A stretch of DNA of 64,000 nucleotides from Octopus sinensis (lineage: Eukaryota): positions 34,782,001 to 34,846,000 of the forward strand of contig NC_043000.1 in assembly GCF_006345805.1 (NCBI RefSeq), given 5' to 3'. A program made the position numbers and the translations under genes. Of this stretch, positions 36,951-51,519 are shown one piece after another. The notes beneath the pieces were generated by a model. It searched no databases. It saw nothing but the letters and a program-made list of their open reading frames with translations, and was not told the DNA's origin. The first letter of the stretch is position 1. Each line of letters opens with the position of its first letter.

Positions 36951-37079
36951 TAAATAATGTAAATAGTTCTTAAATATAGAACTGTATAAACAGTATTGAT
37001 TAACTTTTCAGTTTAATGTTAAATTGTTTTATATAGCTCAACCCCGAAAAGAACATTAATATGTGGCTGTGTGGTAAGT

Positions 37080-39482
37080 TTGCTTCTCAACCACATGGCA
37101 AAGTCTCTGCCTGGCAGAGGGTGATCTGGTGGTGGAACAGTGCGATAGATAGGGCCATAAAAGTGAAGAGACAGGCACTGAAAGATTGGTGAAATGGAGG
37201 CAGCAAAGAGTGTTATCGGGTAGCCAAGTGGGAAGCTAGGTGAGAGGTTTATCTGGCCAATGCAGAAGCTGAAAGGAAGAGTTTTGCCAATGTCTTGCAG
37301 TGTGAAGATCAGAGACTTGAGGTGTTCTGGATTGCTAGACAGTGTGCGGGAGAGAAGTGTGTCCATATGGATAAAGGTAAGAAAGAGGCATATAAGTGCT
37401 ACTATGAAAGTCTATTAAATGTGGAGAATGAATGGGAGAGAGAGGGAATCTCTGCTATATGAACCCTCAGAGGGACTGGCTATTCATGCTGATAACCGTA
37501 TGATAGATAAGACAAGTCTTTGAAGACAGGGAAAGCTCCTGGCCCATTGAGTATCACTCTTTACTCTTTTACTCTTTTACTTGTTTCAGTCATTTGACTG
37601 CGGCCATGCTGGAGCACCGCCTTTTTAGTCGAGCAAATCGACCCCGGGGCTTATTCTTTGCAAGCCCAGTACTTATTCTATCGGTCTCTTTTTGCCGAAC
37701 CGCTAAGTGACGGGGACGTAAACACACCAGCATCGGTTGTCAAGCAATGCTAGGGGGACAAACACAGACACACAAAGTGACACACTTATATATATACATG
37801 TATACGATGGGCTTCTTTCAATTTCCGTCTACCAAATCCACTCACAAGGCATTGGTCGGCCCGGGGCTATAGTAGAAGACACTTGCCCAAGATGCCACGC
37901 AGTGGGACTGAACCCAGAACCATGTGGTTGGTAAGCAAGCTACTTACCACACAGCCACTCACTGTTGAGATCCTTAAAATATCTGGTGGAGTTTGCCATG
38001 CTCTGGTTCACTGTATAGTTAATTGTATTATTCAGGAAGTTGTCATTCCCAATGACTGGTGTAGCAGCATTATAGTCAGCTCCTACAAGGATAAGGGAGA
38101 TGATTTAGATAGAAGTAATTATGGAGGCATCAGGTTGCTAGAGCAAGTCATAAAAGTTATGGAAAGAGTTATAGCCCAATTAATTAAGACCAGAATCACA
38201 TTATGTGAAATGCAGTTTGGCTTTGTGCTGTTGAAAAGCACTACTAATGCTATCCTTATAGTTAGACGATTCATCATTGTCCCCCAGACCATAACAGAGG
38301 AATTCAAGATTGGTTGCTCCTGGGAACATATACTGATGACCTTGCTCTTATAGCAGATTCTGTAACAGTACTAGCAAAGAAATTTCAGGTGGAAACAAAA
38401 CCTGGAACCAAAGGGCCTTAAGGTTAACTTAAGCAAAGACTAAGATTCTAATAAGCAAGAAAACAGATAAGATCCTATTGGGTAAATGACCCTGCTTGAT
38501 ATGTAGATAAGAGTGTTGGCATGAATTCCATATGGTGTACTCAGTGCAGGCTCTGGACACACAAGTGGTGCAGTGGAATAGTAGAAAGTTATCAGAGAAG
38601 GCAGTGTTTATATGTGGACGATGTACAGCAGTTATAAAAACTATAGATACTCAGGAAATTAATTTTCTCAAATGCTCCAGAGGCTCTTTAGAGGTAGTGG
38701 ATAATTTCTGCTTCCTAGGGAACCTAATTAGCTGTAGAGGAGGATGAACAGAGAATGTAATTGCTAGAATAAGAGTAGGGTTGAGAAAATTTAGAGAAAA
38801 TGTTACCTCCATTTCCAAACAAAAGTCTCTCTCTTTCTCTGTGAGTGGAAGGAAGCTTCTATGATGCATGTATGCAAACTGCAATGCTACATGGTAGTGA
38901 GAAGTGAAACCAGAATGCAGAAGACATGCTGAGCCTAGAGAGGAATGAAGCCAGCATGGTCTGCTGGATGTGCAATATCTGTATGTATGAGCAACAGAAC
39001 GCTAGTGTATTGAGAGGAAAGTTGGGCATAAGAGGAATTAGATGCAGTGTGCAAGAGAGAATACTGTGTTGGTTTGGTCATGTGATGTGTATGGATGCAG
39101 ACGTTTGCATACAAAAGTGCTGATCATTTAAAGTGGATGGAACTTGTGGAAGAGGGAGACCCAGGAAGACATGGGCTGAAGTATTGAAGGTCTATCTCAA
39201 GACAATAAGCTTTTTAAAGGAGGTGTCTGAGCGCTGAGATATCTGGCACCATACTATACTCGCAGAGACTCATCTGCCATAGCAGAATTGATACCAGGGC
39301 TGGTGCCACTCAAAAAGCACCCAGTACACTCTGCAAAGTGGTTGGCATTAGGAAGGGCATCCAACTGTAGAATCCCTGCCAGAACAATGGAGCTTGATGC
39401 AGCCTCTGGCCTTACCAGCTCTGGTCAAACTGTCCAACCCATGCCAGCATGGAAAATGGATATTAAGTGATGATGATGACAT
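37080..39482 (+). mobile_element. Decayed RTE-clade LINE with a nested young family B/C SINE (37559-37958, minus)
   Basis: GKAPGP..ITVEILK, PNDW..SII..YKDKGD..DRSNYGGIRLL, MQFGF, AMLHGSE motifs; ends in the family A tail. TCACT is duplicated on both sides of the SINE (37554-37558, 37959-37963). Confidence 0.88.
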
Positions 39483-40324
39483 ATATATGAGAGAGAAACA
39501 AGCAGATGTACACACATACATGTGAGTGTGTGTGCAATTAAAATTAAACACATTCATACGCATTCAGACATGGAAAGATTTTCATTGTGGAAATTGTGTT
39601 GAAAGAAAAAATTCTCTTTATAGACAATGCGTGTGGAAACACGTCATTGGGCTATGAACTATGTTATTGGCCTGTATCAGCAAATTTACTCATTACTGTA
39701 AAGTGTAGTGTCTAATATTAGACATTATTGACAGCGATTTGAGTGTGGAAAGAGAATTGGGTTCACCAGAAAGAGTTGATCCACCTGCCTCTTGTTTTCC
39801 ACTGGCTGCTCTACTAATTCACTTCAGAGTAGCTGTCATTGCAGCATCTCAAATTAGATTCTTTAATTTGTTTCTGCTATATTCGCTGTATTAATTTATC
39901 TTCATAGATAATTTGTTCATCAGTCACTTAGAAGCACCAATTTCTATCTAATGTCTAATGTCATTTACATTAAAATCTTAGCAGTAAATTCATATTTTAC
40001 TCATAAATTGTTACGAGACTGGTGTGTCATTGTGTGTGCATATGTGTCTGTCGGTAGCTCTATAATTGAATCTGTACATTAGTTTTATCAATGTATCTTA
40101 GTTGGATACTAGAATCCTTCAGCTGAGGATAAGTAGATGGTGATTTTCATTTACATACGGCTGCTGTCACCTTCCTCCCTCATGGACTACTTAGATTAAC
40201 CATAGCATGGATTTAATGACACCTATATATATATATATATATATATATAACGTGTGTAAGATATATATATATATATATATATATATAGGCGCAAGAATGG
40301 CTGTGTTGTAAGTAGCACATAAGT

Positions 40325-40620
40325 GCAGGAGTGGCTGTGTGGTAAGGAGCTTGCTTACCAACCACATGGTTTCGGGTTCAGTCCCACTGCATGGCACCTT
40401 GGGCAAGTGTCTTCTACTATAGCCTTGGGCCGACCAAAGACTTGTGAGTGGATTTGGTAGGCAGAAACTGAAAGAAGCCTGTCGTATATATATATATATA
40501 TATGAGACTGATAGAAAAAGTACCAGGCTTACAAAGAATAAGTCCTGGAGTCGATTTGCTCGACTAAAGGTGGTGCCCCAGCATGGCCACAGTCAAATGA
40601 CTGAAACTAGTAAAAGAATA
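40325..40620 (+). mobile_element. Family B/C SINE with internal deletion
   Basis: Intact head, (TA)n, and a 3' module starting only at gatagaaaaagtaccaggc. Confidence 0.8.
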
Positions 40621-42728
40621 AGATATATATGTGTGTATATATATATATATATACATACATATATATATATACATACATATATATATATCAACATGTGTAA
40701 GATGTATATATCATCATCATCGTTTAGCGTCCATTTTCCATGCTAGCATGGGTTGGACGGGTCAACTGGGGTCTGTGAAGCTGGAAGGCTTCGTCAGGCC
40801 CAGTCAGATCTGGCAGTGTTTCTACGGCTGGATGCCCTTCCTAATGCCAATATATATATATATGTAAAGTACCTTATATATAAAACATCTTACATACATG
40901 TGATACACACATATATGAGACATTGAAATTTATGTCAAAATTTGTGAGAGGTGTACTGAATGCATGTTGTAGAGTGTGTAGTTTATTGAAACTGAATGTT
41001 TATTTCCTGTCTCAAGTTTCACATCTCTGTGATTCATTATGGCTGGAATGATCAAGAAACAAAAAGTACTTAGTTTGGTGTGAGTGAAATGGCATTTAAT
41101 AAATACAGAAATGATGGGTGAGCTACTTCATGTTTCATAAGCAAAAAATACATTATTTGGCTGTGTACACAAGACATACTATGTTTGATCCAGCACTCAT
41201 TCAGGCTATTATAATATGGCTGCAGAGTGAGAATATAAGAGAAAGAAATGTTTTTAATTCTGTTCTTGAAAGATATGTCCCTTTATTCAAGGCATGAGGG
41301 TTAAATTTAGCAGAAAGTACAATTCATGTGGGATGGTCATGCTCATTTACAACTATAATGCAATGTTGAAACAAGCAGATTTATACACATAAGCAGCTGA
41401 ATTCTTTCAGTTTCTACCTGCCAAATCCACTCACAATGCTTTGGTCGACCCTGGGCTGTAGTTGAAGATACTTGTCCAAGATGTAGTGTAATGAGGCTGA
41501 ACCTGAGACCTTGATGTTGGGAAATGATGTTTTTAACCTTACAAGTATATCTGCACAATATGTGTATCTTATCATCATTTAACATCCATTTTTCCATGCT
41601 GGCATGAAGTTTGTTGAGGTAGATATTCTATGGCCTGATCCCTGTCCAGTTGTTTGCTCTGTGTGTAGTTGTTTTGCATGTTACTTGGTGATCTTGTAAG
41701 TGGTGGTGCAACATAAAACCACCTTGTACACTCTAAACTGGTTGGCATTAGGAAGGGCATCAAGCCATGGAAGCCATTCCAAAACAGACAATAGAGCCTG
41801 TAGAGCTCTTGCCTTTACTGTCCAACCCATGCCAGCATGGAAAGCGGATGTTAAATGATGATGATGATATGTGTAATGTGTGCAAGTATACATTGATTTG
41901 TATGTGTGTGTGTATGTACGATGTTTCTATGCACTGTGAAACCTAGTAAAGAAATTGGAGCCAGGAGAGTAAGTGAAAGTCATGTCTCCTTCCTTGTTGT
42001 CTCAATGCCAAATATCAGCTGTCATGCTAAGGTCTTTATACCTCTACACACTATATCTGTAATCATTTTGAATTTTGGACATGCATGTTTACAAATGCAC
42101 GTTTATTGTGATTCTGCTTTTCAGTATAACAATAGATTCAATTGTGAAGTCTTTACATTTTAACTCTGACACTGAAAGTAGACGTCTTCCATTAAAGTCA
42201 TTCGGTCATTTTTAAAGAACCAAAAAATCTATCAACAATTGAATTTAGATTGTATTTATTTTTAGTGGCAAGCAAAGTAGAGCTGAATGGTGTGTTTTCA
42301 CAATGTTAAACAAAGCCAGCATGAAAGCCAATAAAAATGAGAGCCAAATGAGAAGAGGGTCCATTAATTACACTGAGACATCAAGAAAGTGTAGCTTTGA
42401 TTCCCTTTTGGCACTCACTTTTTATTGTTCATGCACATACAGACACAAACTCACTCACACACACAATGTGTGTGTGTGTACAAAAATGCTGTTTTAAAAG
42501 ACAGATATATAGATTTACTATTCAGTTTTAGTTTACTCATCTCTAAGAAGCATTAGAATCTAAATTCAGTCGTGTGTTTGTGTCTGTATGTCTACACACA
42601 CACACACACACTCTCTCTCTCCCTCCCTCCCTCCCACTGACTCATACTTATACTTCAATATTCCAATATAGCATAGCACAGCACTACTCTAGTATAGCGT
42701 GACCATTCACCATCAACTGAGTTTCCAG

Positions 42729-42812
42729 ACGATGGAGATAGAAATGTTTTTGCATTCAAAGGATCCTCCATGAGAATTTTCTTCCTATTCTCTTTGGGAT
42801 GTGTATTCCAAG
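42729..42812 (+). CDS. Candidate 84-nt phase 1-1 exon containing a possible signal-peptide start (MRIFFLFSLGCVFQ)
   Basis: gtttccag acceptor, AAG|GTAAGC donor at 42813, only one of three frames open (DGDRNVFAFKGSSMRIFFLFSLGCVFQ), in unique non-repeat sequence. Confidence 0.5.
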
Positions 42813-43045
42813 GTAAGCGTAGTTTGTTACTTTGACAATACCAAAATAAAGAAAGGAAACAGAACCTAAAGAATTCTCGGGTTTGACAGTAAAACTGATT
42901 TCATTATGAAGGAACCAAACTTCTCTTTGCAATCAAACCAGAGAACTTTAGAGTTCACTCTGTCAATACCCTGGTTAGGTCAACTAATCTTTATAAAGTG
43001 GCTATTCACAAAATTTCACTGATAACTATGGCGCACACACACACA

Positions 43046-43085
<40 letters not shown>

Positions 43086-43359
43086 ACCTATTTGATGGTG
43101 GTTATTGTTTAGCTCCTTGTCAGCCTTGATCAAAAATATTTCAGCCATGACCATCCTGTTGTTTGGCTTTTCCATGCATAGGATATTCGGGACTGCGTTA
43201 TCTAATGTTTTTTAAAATTTTTTTTGGAGAAAGCTGTATGGTATGTAATTTGAGGGAAATTTGACTTGTTATTTCTAGCAGGTCAAGCTTCTACCACTTA
43301 GGGTATCATGTTGGCTTATCAACTTGTGTGTTACATGGCAGAATCAGTTTGATACTGGA

Positions 43360-43775
43360 TGAGTATGTCTTCTCTGTGTGTAGGAGTGGCTGTGTGTGAT
43401 AAGAAGTTTGCTTCCACACTACTTGGTTCTCGTTTCAGTCCTACTGCATGACACCTTGAGCAAGTATCCTCTATTATAGCCTTGGGCTGACCTAATCCTT
43501 TTGAATGGATTTGGTATGCAGAAACTGAAAGAAGCCTGAAGTATATATATTTGTGTATATCTATATGTGTGTGTCTTTGTGTTTGTCACCATCCCGACCA
43601 CATGACAACTAGTGTTGGTTTGTTTATGTCCCTGTAACTTAGCAGTATGGCAAAAGAACTGATAGAATAAATACCAGGCTTTAAAAAAGAAAAGTGCTTG
43701 GGTTGATTCATTTGACTAAAATTCCTCAAGGCGGTGCCCCAGAATGACCTCAGTCTACTGACTGAAACAAGTAGA
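43360..43775 (+). mobile_element. Family B/C SINE (older)
   Basis: Head and 3' module recognisable but diverged. Confidence 0.75.
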
Positions 43776-44589
43776 AGATTGAAGATACACATCATACACT
43801 CAGCAACTCAATATTTGGATTATGGTCAACCATATCAGTTCGTGCAGCTCTCACTAGTGAGGCTTTTTTCCTGCACAAATAGTCTGTTTCCATCAATAAA
43901 ATATTGCTGTTACTATTAAAAAAATAAACATTGTGCTAGAGTCTTTTTTTCTTTCTTCTCATTCATTGTGGTTAATTATTACCAAAAACATCGATGGAAT
44001 TATTGAATGGGTCTACTTGTTGGCATTACATTTGTAAATTTGAAAGATTGATATTGTTTTGGTTCTTGTTGCTTTATGTGTTCATAATAATTGAATATCA
44101 ACTTGGCAGCCCTCAGCACTCATCAGCAAATATTTTGTTTGCTGAATTCTATAGATAGGCGCAATATTTTGTGATTAGGTCCAAGCAGTGTCTCTTACTA
44201 AGGTGCTACACTCATGCCAAAACACTGGCTGTCTGACAGTCTGCTACCTCACTTATGCAGGTCTGTTGTCAACATGCATTGTCTAGGGAAGTGACTCATT
44301 AAAAACAAAATCTGACAAGAAAACAATAATAAGTTTGCTGGAGTGTGTTAAGAATAATAACACAATTCATTGTTTTTGACTTGTTTTGCTCCTAATTTAA
44401 TTTGAAAAATATTTTCTCACAAATATTTCTACAACCTTTTGTACACATTTATATGCAATCATCTTTCATCAGATTCAGAAATATATTGGAAGATTGCATC
44501 TGTGGTGCCTCTTTCAGAAACAAGACCAAAATGCATCTCATCCAGGTCTATTTCTGTTTATTCCATGAATTCAGCAGCCTTCCATAATA

Positions 44590-46750
44590 ACACTCCCATA
44601 CTAGACTTCAGGTATACTTGGCTAAAAGTGAGACAGAAAAGAAAGAGATTTGCTCATGTCCTGCAATGTAAGGATCAGGGGTGTGAAGTGTTCAGGATTG
44701 GAAGACAATGTGTAAGAGAGACCCAGGATGTCATTGGTGAGAAGTATTTGGAATAACAGCAAACTTTCCTTTGATATGGAACAGAACAAACTGGTATGGG
44801 AGTGCAATTATGAAAGGCTGCTGAATGTTGGGAATGCATGGAATAAACAGGAATAGACCTGGAAGAGGCATCATGAATGCAATCTTCCAAATGATGTAAC
44901 TAGAGGAGAGATACCTGGCTAAGAATAAACTGCTATATTTAGCTTTCATTGATTTGGAGAAAGCATTTGACAGGGTACCATGTTCAGTAATCTGGTGTGC
45001 ACTGAGGAAACTAGTAGTAGATGATTGGCTTCTGTGGTCAGTTCAAGCTCTGTACAAGGATGCAGCAAGTAAAGTGAGAATTGCAACAACTTTGGTGATG
45101 AATTTAGTGCAAAAGTATGAGTCCATCAAGACTCAATCCTGTCCTATTCATCATGTTCCTACAAGCTATCACAATGGAATTTAAAACTGGCTGTCCATGG
45201 GAACTCTTGTATGCTGATGATCTAGTCCTCATTGTTGGATCCAGAGGGGAATTAGAGAAGAAATTCCAGGCATGGAAGCTTAACCTTAAGGTAAACCTAG
45301 CAAAGTGAAGATTTTAGTAAGTAGGAAGAAGGCAGGATCTTGGTACCATTGGCAGGGAATGACCTTTGCTTACTATGTATAAACACCATGCACCATATTT
45401 GACGTAAGCAATGGACATGCAAGAGATGTAGTGGAATCACTTGCAGATTATCTGAAAATGTAAGCATCATATGCAGTAGACACTGGGGTAGTTCATTTGA
45501 GCACACGCGAAAGTGAGTCTCTTAAATTCCCAAATAGCTCACTTGTAGTAATTGAAAGCTTTTGTTACCTAAATATACTTAGCAAGGGAGGTGGCTAAAA
45601 GTGCTCTGAAAGTATAGTGAGAACTGATTGGAAAAAGTTCAGGGAGCTACTGACCCTGTTGACAACAAAGATCTTTTTTAAGAGTGAAGGGTAAGTTGTA
45701 TGATGCTTGTATTAGAACTGCAATGCTGCATGATAGTAAGACATGGGCCTTGAATACAGATGACATAAGAAGTGAAGCTAGCATGCTCTGCTGGATGTGC
45801 AGTGTAAATGTGCACGAAAGAATTAGTACAATGGTGTTGAGTATTAGAGGAATCAGTTGTTTTGTGTAAGAAAGAAGACCACACTGGTATGGACATGCGA
45901 TGTGTATGGATGAAGGCAGCTGTATAAAGAAATGTCTATCACTAAATGTGGTTAGAACTTGTGGAAGGAAACTCAGGAAGACACAGGATGAAGTGGCTAA
46001 GGCTGACTTTAGGACCTTGAGCCTGGTGAGGGAGATGACAAGGGACTAGAATCTCTGGTGATATGAGATTCTTGAAAATACGAACTCTTGTCAGTTCTAG
46101 AAGTGTTACGCATTGTGCTCTCCACATATGTTACTAATTACTCTATTCCTGACCCCATGGCTCCTGCAGACTATTCATCCATGTCATCCTTTTTCTTTTG
46201 TCCTCCCCCACCAACAACTCTATCTTTACTACTCCTTCCCCACCTCTTCTACATCCCTCTATCTCCTTCAACTCTTTGCTCTTTGCTCATTTGCCCAGTA
46301 ACTCAGCCCATCCCCTCATTCTCCTCCCCATTTAATTGTGCAAACCAGTTCTTCAACTTATCTTGTGCCTTGAGGGGGTCATCTAGACATTTCGCCTCCA
46401 CTATAAATCTCTTGCAGCTCCTACTGTTCATTTTCTCTCTTTCTCTCTCCTTCACCTACAAAGTGTGAGTTGTCATGCAGATCTACTAGAACCTGCACTG
46501 CCTCTCCTTCTCATAGTTCAATCTCCTGTCTACTAGCATGAAGCTGACACCCCACCAAGGTGTGTAGTTCTGTGAGCTGCATGGTGATCTCAATAGTGCA
46601 GGTGGCATGGAAAAAACACCAGTCTATGCTGTAAAGTGGTTGGCATTAGAAAGGGCATCCAGCCATAGAAACTATGCAAAAACAGATGTTGTTGCATAAT
46701 GCAGTCCTACCCATACCAGCTTGGAACACAGATGTTAAATGATGATGAAA
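44590..46750 (+). mobile_element. Decayed RTE-clade LINE with internal deletion and full 3' UTR
   Basis: LAFIDLEKAFDRVP, LLYADDLVLI, IRTAMLHDSKTW motifs; CT-rich UTR followed by ggttggcattagaaagggcatccagc...gatgatg. Confidence 0.88.
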
Positions 46751-48107
46751 TGTATTCATATCTGTTGCTATTGACATCACCATATTTACATGAATACTAA
46801 TAGAAAGCATTTAGACCAATAAAAGACATGACTTGGATAAACTTTGAAATGTTCTAAATTAGCTAGTTGACATTTTACTGTGATTCTAAAAAGAAAACTT
46901 AATAGTCCTGATGTTTTTGTTTATTAACATACCAAACTTAATAAAATGCAAAGCGAAAATGAATTGCATATAAATTTTTCATAATTACATATTGTGTGAG
47001 TTTTTTTATAGAACAGCATATGGTGTAATATATATTTCACACACATTCTCACATATGTATATATATATATCATCATCATTTAGCATCCGTGTTCTGTGCT
47101 AGCGTGAGTAGGATGGTACCACAAGAGCCAACCAGGCCGAAGCCTGCACCGGACTTCTGTGACTGTTTTGGCAGGATTTTTACAGCTGGATGCCCTTCCT
47201 AACACCAATCACTCAGCAGAGTGATTACACACACATATATTCATTCTAAAATCAGAATGAATATCTAACCATAGATAAATACAAAACTATCTGCTATAAA
47301 AAAAATATCCTCTTTCTCATTGACTGGCTGTTAACTCTTGTTGACTTCACAGATTGTGTAAGGCAATGCTTAGTCAGTTTTGCTGTTTTATGTCCATTGA
47401 AAATAGCAGATATACTTGGATACATGTAAGACACTATATGGGTTTAATGAATGGCCTGGTTATATAGATATATACACTCTAAAGCAAAACACGTGTGTAT
47501 GTAAATCAAATATGTATTATGTGGAGACATACCTACACACATTGGCTATCACATGTACATTCATTCACTCACAATTTCAACATGTATCTTGAAATTAATC
47601 TCTAGAAGTTTAAAGAATTATTTTGTATTATAGTTGACAGTGTTTACAAGAAGAGGAGAAAAATGTATTTATAGCATCGCTCTTAGAATTATTAGCCTAA
47701 TGTCTGGTTAAGTTTCTAAATGATCCTTTTCTTCTTATTTCTTTATACTTCATTGTTTCATTTACTTGATATTACTGGCTGTATTAAGTTTAAAGAGGAA
47801 ATACTGTTTTTTACATTAAGGGTAATACTCAGATTTTCTACTTAAGAACCTAAATGAAGGCTTGGAAAGTCAAATGCAGTAACCATTACTATATATTTAA
47901 AGCATGGCTGCAAATCACATTTGTTGTATAAAATATTTCAGAAGCTGGACAGAAAATTGAACAGGCGTAAATATTAGAGGCTTAATGTGAAATAATGTAG
48001 CGATTTTCTCCTGTAAGATGTGTCAAGAATATTAAATGAATGAACCAACTTATTTGTCCATCCTCTGTGATATGATGGCAATGTTACTGTACTTAGGGTA
48101 CTCACAG

Positions 48108-48122
48108 ATACCATTGCTGGTG
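48108..48122 (+). CDS. Candidate 15-nt microexon (DTIAG)
   Basis: cacag|ATACCATTGCTGGTG|gtaaga; frame-preserving and phase-compatible with 42729-42812, but the polypyrimidine tract is weak. Confidence 0.22.
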
Positions 48123-50079
48123 GTAAGACCAACCTGAAGAGTTATTTTCTTTTAATATTTTTAATTGAAAAATTAACTGAAAGGTAAAAATTATGTATTA
48201 AAAAGAATAAAAAAATTTTCTGCTTTATTTTTTGTAACTTGGCACATGATTATTGAATCTTAAATTTGAAATAAAATCTGAACAAAATTCATCCCTCTTG
48301 CATTTATTGAAAAGAAAAGCAACTAGAAAGATGAAATAAATACTAAAACTAAAATGAAACAAAATTTAATTCTTATTGTAATTTCTCATTCTTGCCAACA
48401 TTCACATTTTTGTATTGAATTTTTTTGAAGGTTTTCTTCAACATATGCTAACATGGGAAGTATTGATTCCATAGAAAGTCCCTACTTTACTGTCTTAATG
48501 TCTGGGTAGTTGACTTCAAAACTTTCTTTTTTAATAATTAGACAAATAATTTTTCATTGCTTTGTAAAAGCTGTGAATAGAATTGAGAAGTAAACTATAC
48601 ATGTAAACAGTTTAAGTTGATGTTTGGATATACAAGATCATAATCTTTAGTATTTCCCTAATGTTAACCATTTCAAACATTTCTTTTACAGCGTATAGGA
48701 ATATTTCTCGTTTTTTAAATGTTCATATAATAAAGCAAAGAAACCTCATAACAGGATTATAAAGGTGTAATAAGTTTGTTTTCTTTCTGTACCAAGTTTG
48801 CTTTCATGGGAATGGATGTGAAATGATCATACTGGGTAATTGAGAGAACAATTAGTGAGAGAAAAATCTTAGTGTTTCCTAATTTTCCAGAAAAGAAAAA
48901 AATCCATTTTTAAAGATGACTAGATTTATTAGGGTTTAAATGATGCAAATTGTATTGATTTCTAAATAACTGTTAATATAGTTATATATTTCAACTCATC
49001 AGTATCATTATGTTTTCTTTTCATGTTGACATTACTTGTGTCATGCCAGAATGGTCCAAATTCTTATTTTGAGTTACTGCCCTCCTAAATGAGTCACCCT
49101 TGTATATTCAATTTTCAGCATAGTTTCTATGACTGGGATGCCTTCCTAATATCAACAACTTCACAGATTATACTCAGGGCAGAAGCACTAGAGAAGGTGT
49201 CATGTCCTCTTGACTTTATGTATCCACTTATTCATCAACTACTTTACTCAGTGCATTTTATTGTGGTACCAGCACTTTTGAGGTTGCCTTGTATTTTGCT
49301 CTAGACAAAAGGAGTTTTCACGACTTTGTTGTTTGTTTGTTCAGTGCAACATGGCCCACAGGTGTAGGGTGGATTGCTTAAGATGCATTAGTCTGAGAGA
49401 GAGAAAGAAGGAAGTATGGTAGAGAAACAGTGATTAAGGACAGTGTGTAAGAGGAGGGAAGAATTAAAGTTAATAAAATTATTTTTTACTTCAAAATAAT
49501 AACACATTAGATTTCGTTTTTTTTTCCATAAAAAGAAAATGAAGGCAACAATTGATATCACTGAGTGATGCTCTAGCAAACTTCAATGTATGAATTTTTA
49601 ATGGCTTAATGTTTGTTTCTGACTGAATGGTGAAAATGCTAACATAGAAGTGAATATTGTTCAATAAAAATATGTCTATGGTATTATAAAAATGTGTTTA
49701 ATTGTACATTAAGACACTATTATATATTTTCTGTTACCAATACAAACAAGTCAATGATATCATTAAAAGCAGTAAATAATTCTTTCCAATCATCTTGTCA
49801 GATGGATACATACATAACCTGCCAATTGCTTACACTGTAATTCCTTGTTTATCTGTCTGAGATGAAGTTAAAAAAATATACAAACAACTTCAGTGTTACA
49901 TTTTTATGTCTTTCATAAACATTTGTTGATGATGATAATAATAATAATGATACATGTAAGTATTAGACCTAACTTAATTGCTATTATTTCACTATGGCTG
50001 TCAATCAGTGCTGTGTTGACTGAACTATTAAGCCTCCTAGAAGTGTACAGTTTGTAATAACACTGAAATAAAAAATATA

Positions 50080-50099
50080 TATATGTATATATATATGTG

Positions 50100-50158
<59 letters not shown>

Positions 50159-50225
50159 TTGTATATATATATATATGTATATATTTGTATATATATGTAT
50201 AAGTGTATGTATATATATATATTTA

Positions 50226-50270
<45 letters not shown>

Positions 50271-50405
50271 GTTTATGTATATATATTTATATATGTTTAT
50301 GTATATATATTTATATATGTGTATGTATATATATTTATATATGTTTATGTATATATATTTATATATGTGTATATATATATATGTTTATATGTGTATATAT
50401 ATACA
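50080..50405. repeat. (TA/TG) microsatellite with a 24-bp higher-order unit, about 5 copies
   Basis: The FIYVYVYI repeat in ORF 50097-50474 reflects the 24-bp period. Confidence 0.9.
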
Positions 50406-51519
50406 TCATACTATATAACTATATCTGAACTGATTAATGGTAGCATATATTTAATTGTATTAAATATATGCTAATAAACAATCACAAAGCAATTTCCCAA
50501 ACATTAGTCAAATAAATCCTTTTCTTGACTATTTTTTAAGGCAGAATTTCTCCATCTCCTGGTTTTAAATTCTTTTATAAATATTCTATTTTGTCTTATG
50601 CTAATACGAATATTTGTGTACTATTTCTGCTTGATTCAATCTCCTTTATTTAATGTATGGTGGTTAATTTAATATTCCTTACTTTGAAATGTTTGTAATA
50701 ATATTATATAGTGTTACTTAAATCTCCCAAGTTATTGTTCATCTAAACCATTTGGTGAAGGTGAGAGGGTATGTCTTTAGTACTAGGCGCTTGTTAGACA
50801 AGTACATAAGAACCTGGTGGGAGTGCATCTGTGCTGAGGAAAATAATAAATCTTTAATTATACAAATTCATAAATATGTCTTGGTGTTAAGTCTTAAATT
50901 ATTGTTCTTAGAGACTTTATCGGGTGGGGGTGGTGGGGGGGTTGAATGTGAATGCTGGCAAAACTTTGCGTGCAAGCGATGGTTTTTCCACCCTTGATCT
51001 ACAGCCTATTTAATGCTGTGATCACACAATATTTCCAATGCTAAGTAGGCTTGGTATCAAATTTCAATTATGAAAATATTTTATTTATTTGGTGAGGATT
51101 TTTTTTCTAAAAGTTTATTCAAAAACAATTTCAACTGCATCTATTTACGTATTTAAATTTGCTTAGCTTTCAGGCATAAAACCTCAATTTGGTTTGCTAT
51201 GAAAGGTCTAATTTGAAGATTATCTGTTTAATAATTCAAAGCCACTGTGAAGAAATGTCTTCTGTCAATAATTCTGAAAGTTACCAATGTTGGTTACATG
51301 TCTTTAGTCAAATTTCTGGTTGACTTCTCCAAGCAGAATGGTTTATGAAGCTAATAATAATTACAGATTCTCCATTAACTGAGGCATGAGAATCTCCAAC
51401 AAATTTACCCATGAAATATCCTTATGAGAGATTGTTAAATGAAAAGAATGTGTGAGACACAAATAAGCCGAACAGGAACACTGGCTTCTGAAATTTACAG
51501 TTGTATATAAGTGAAATGG

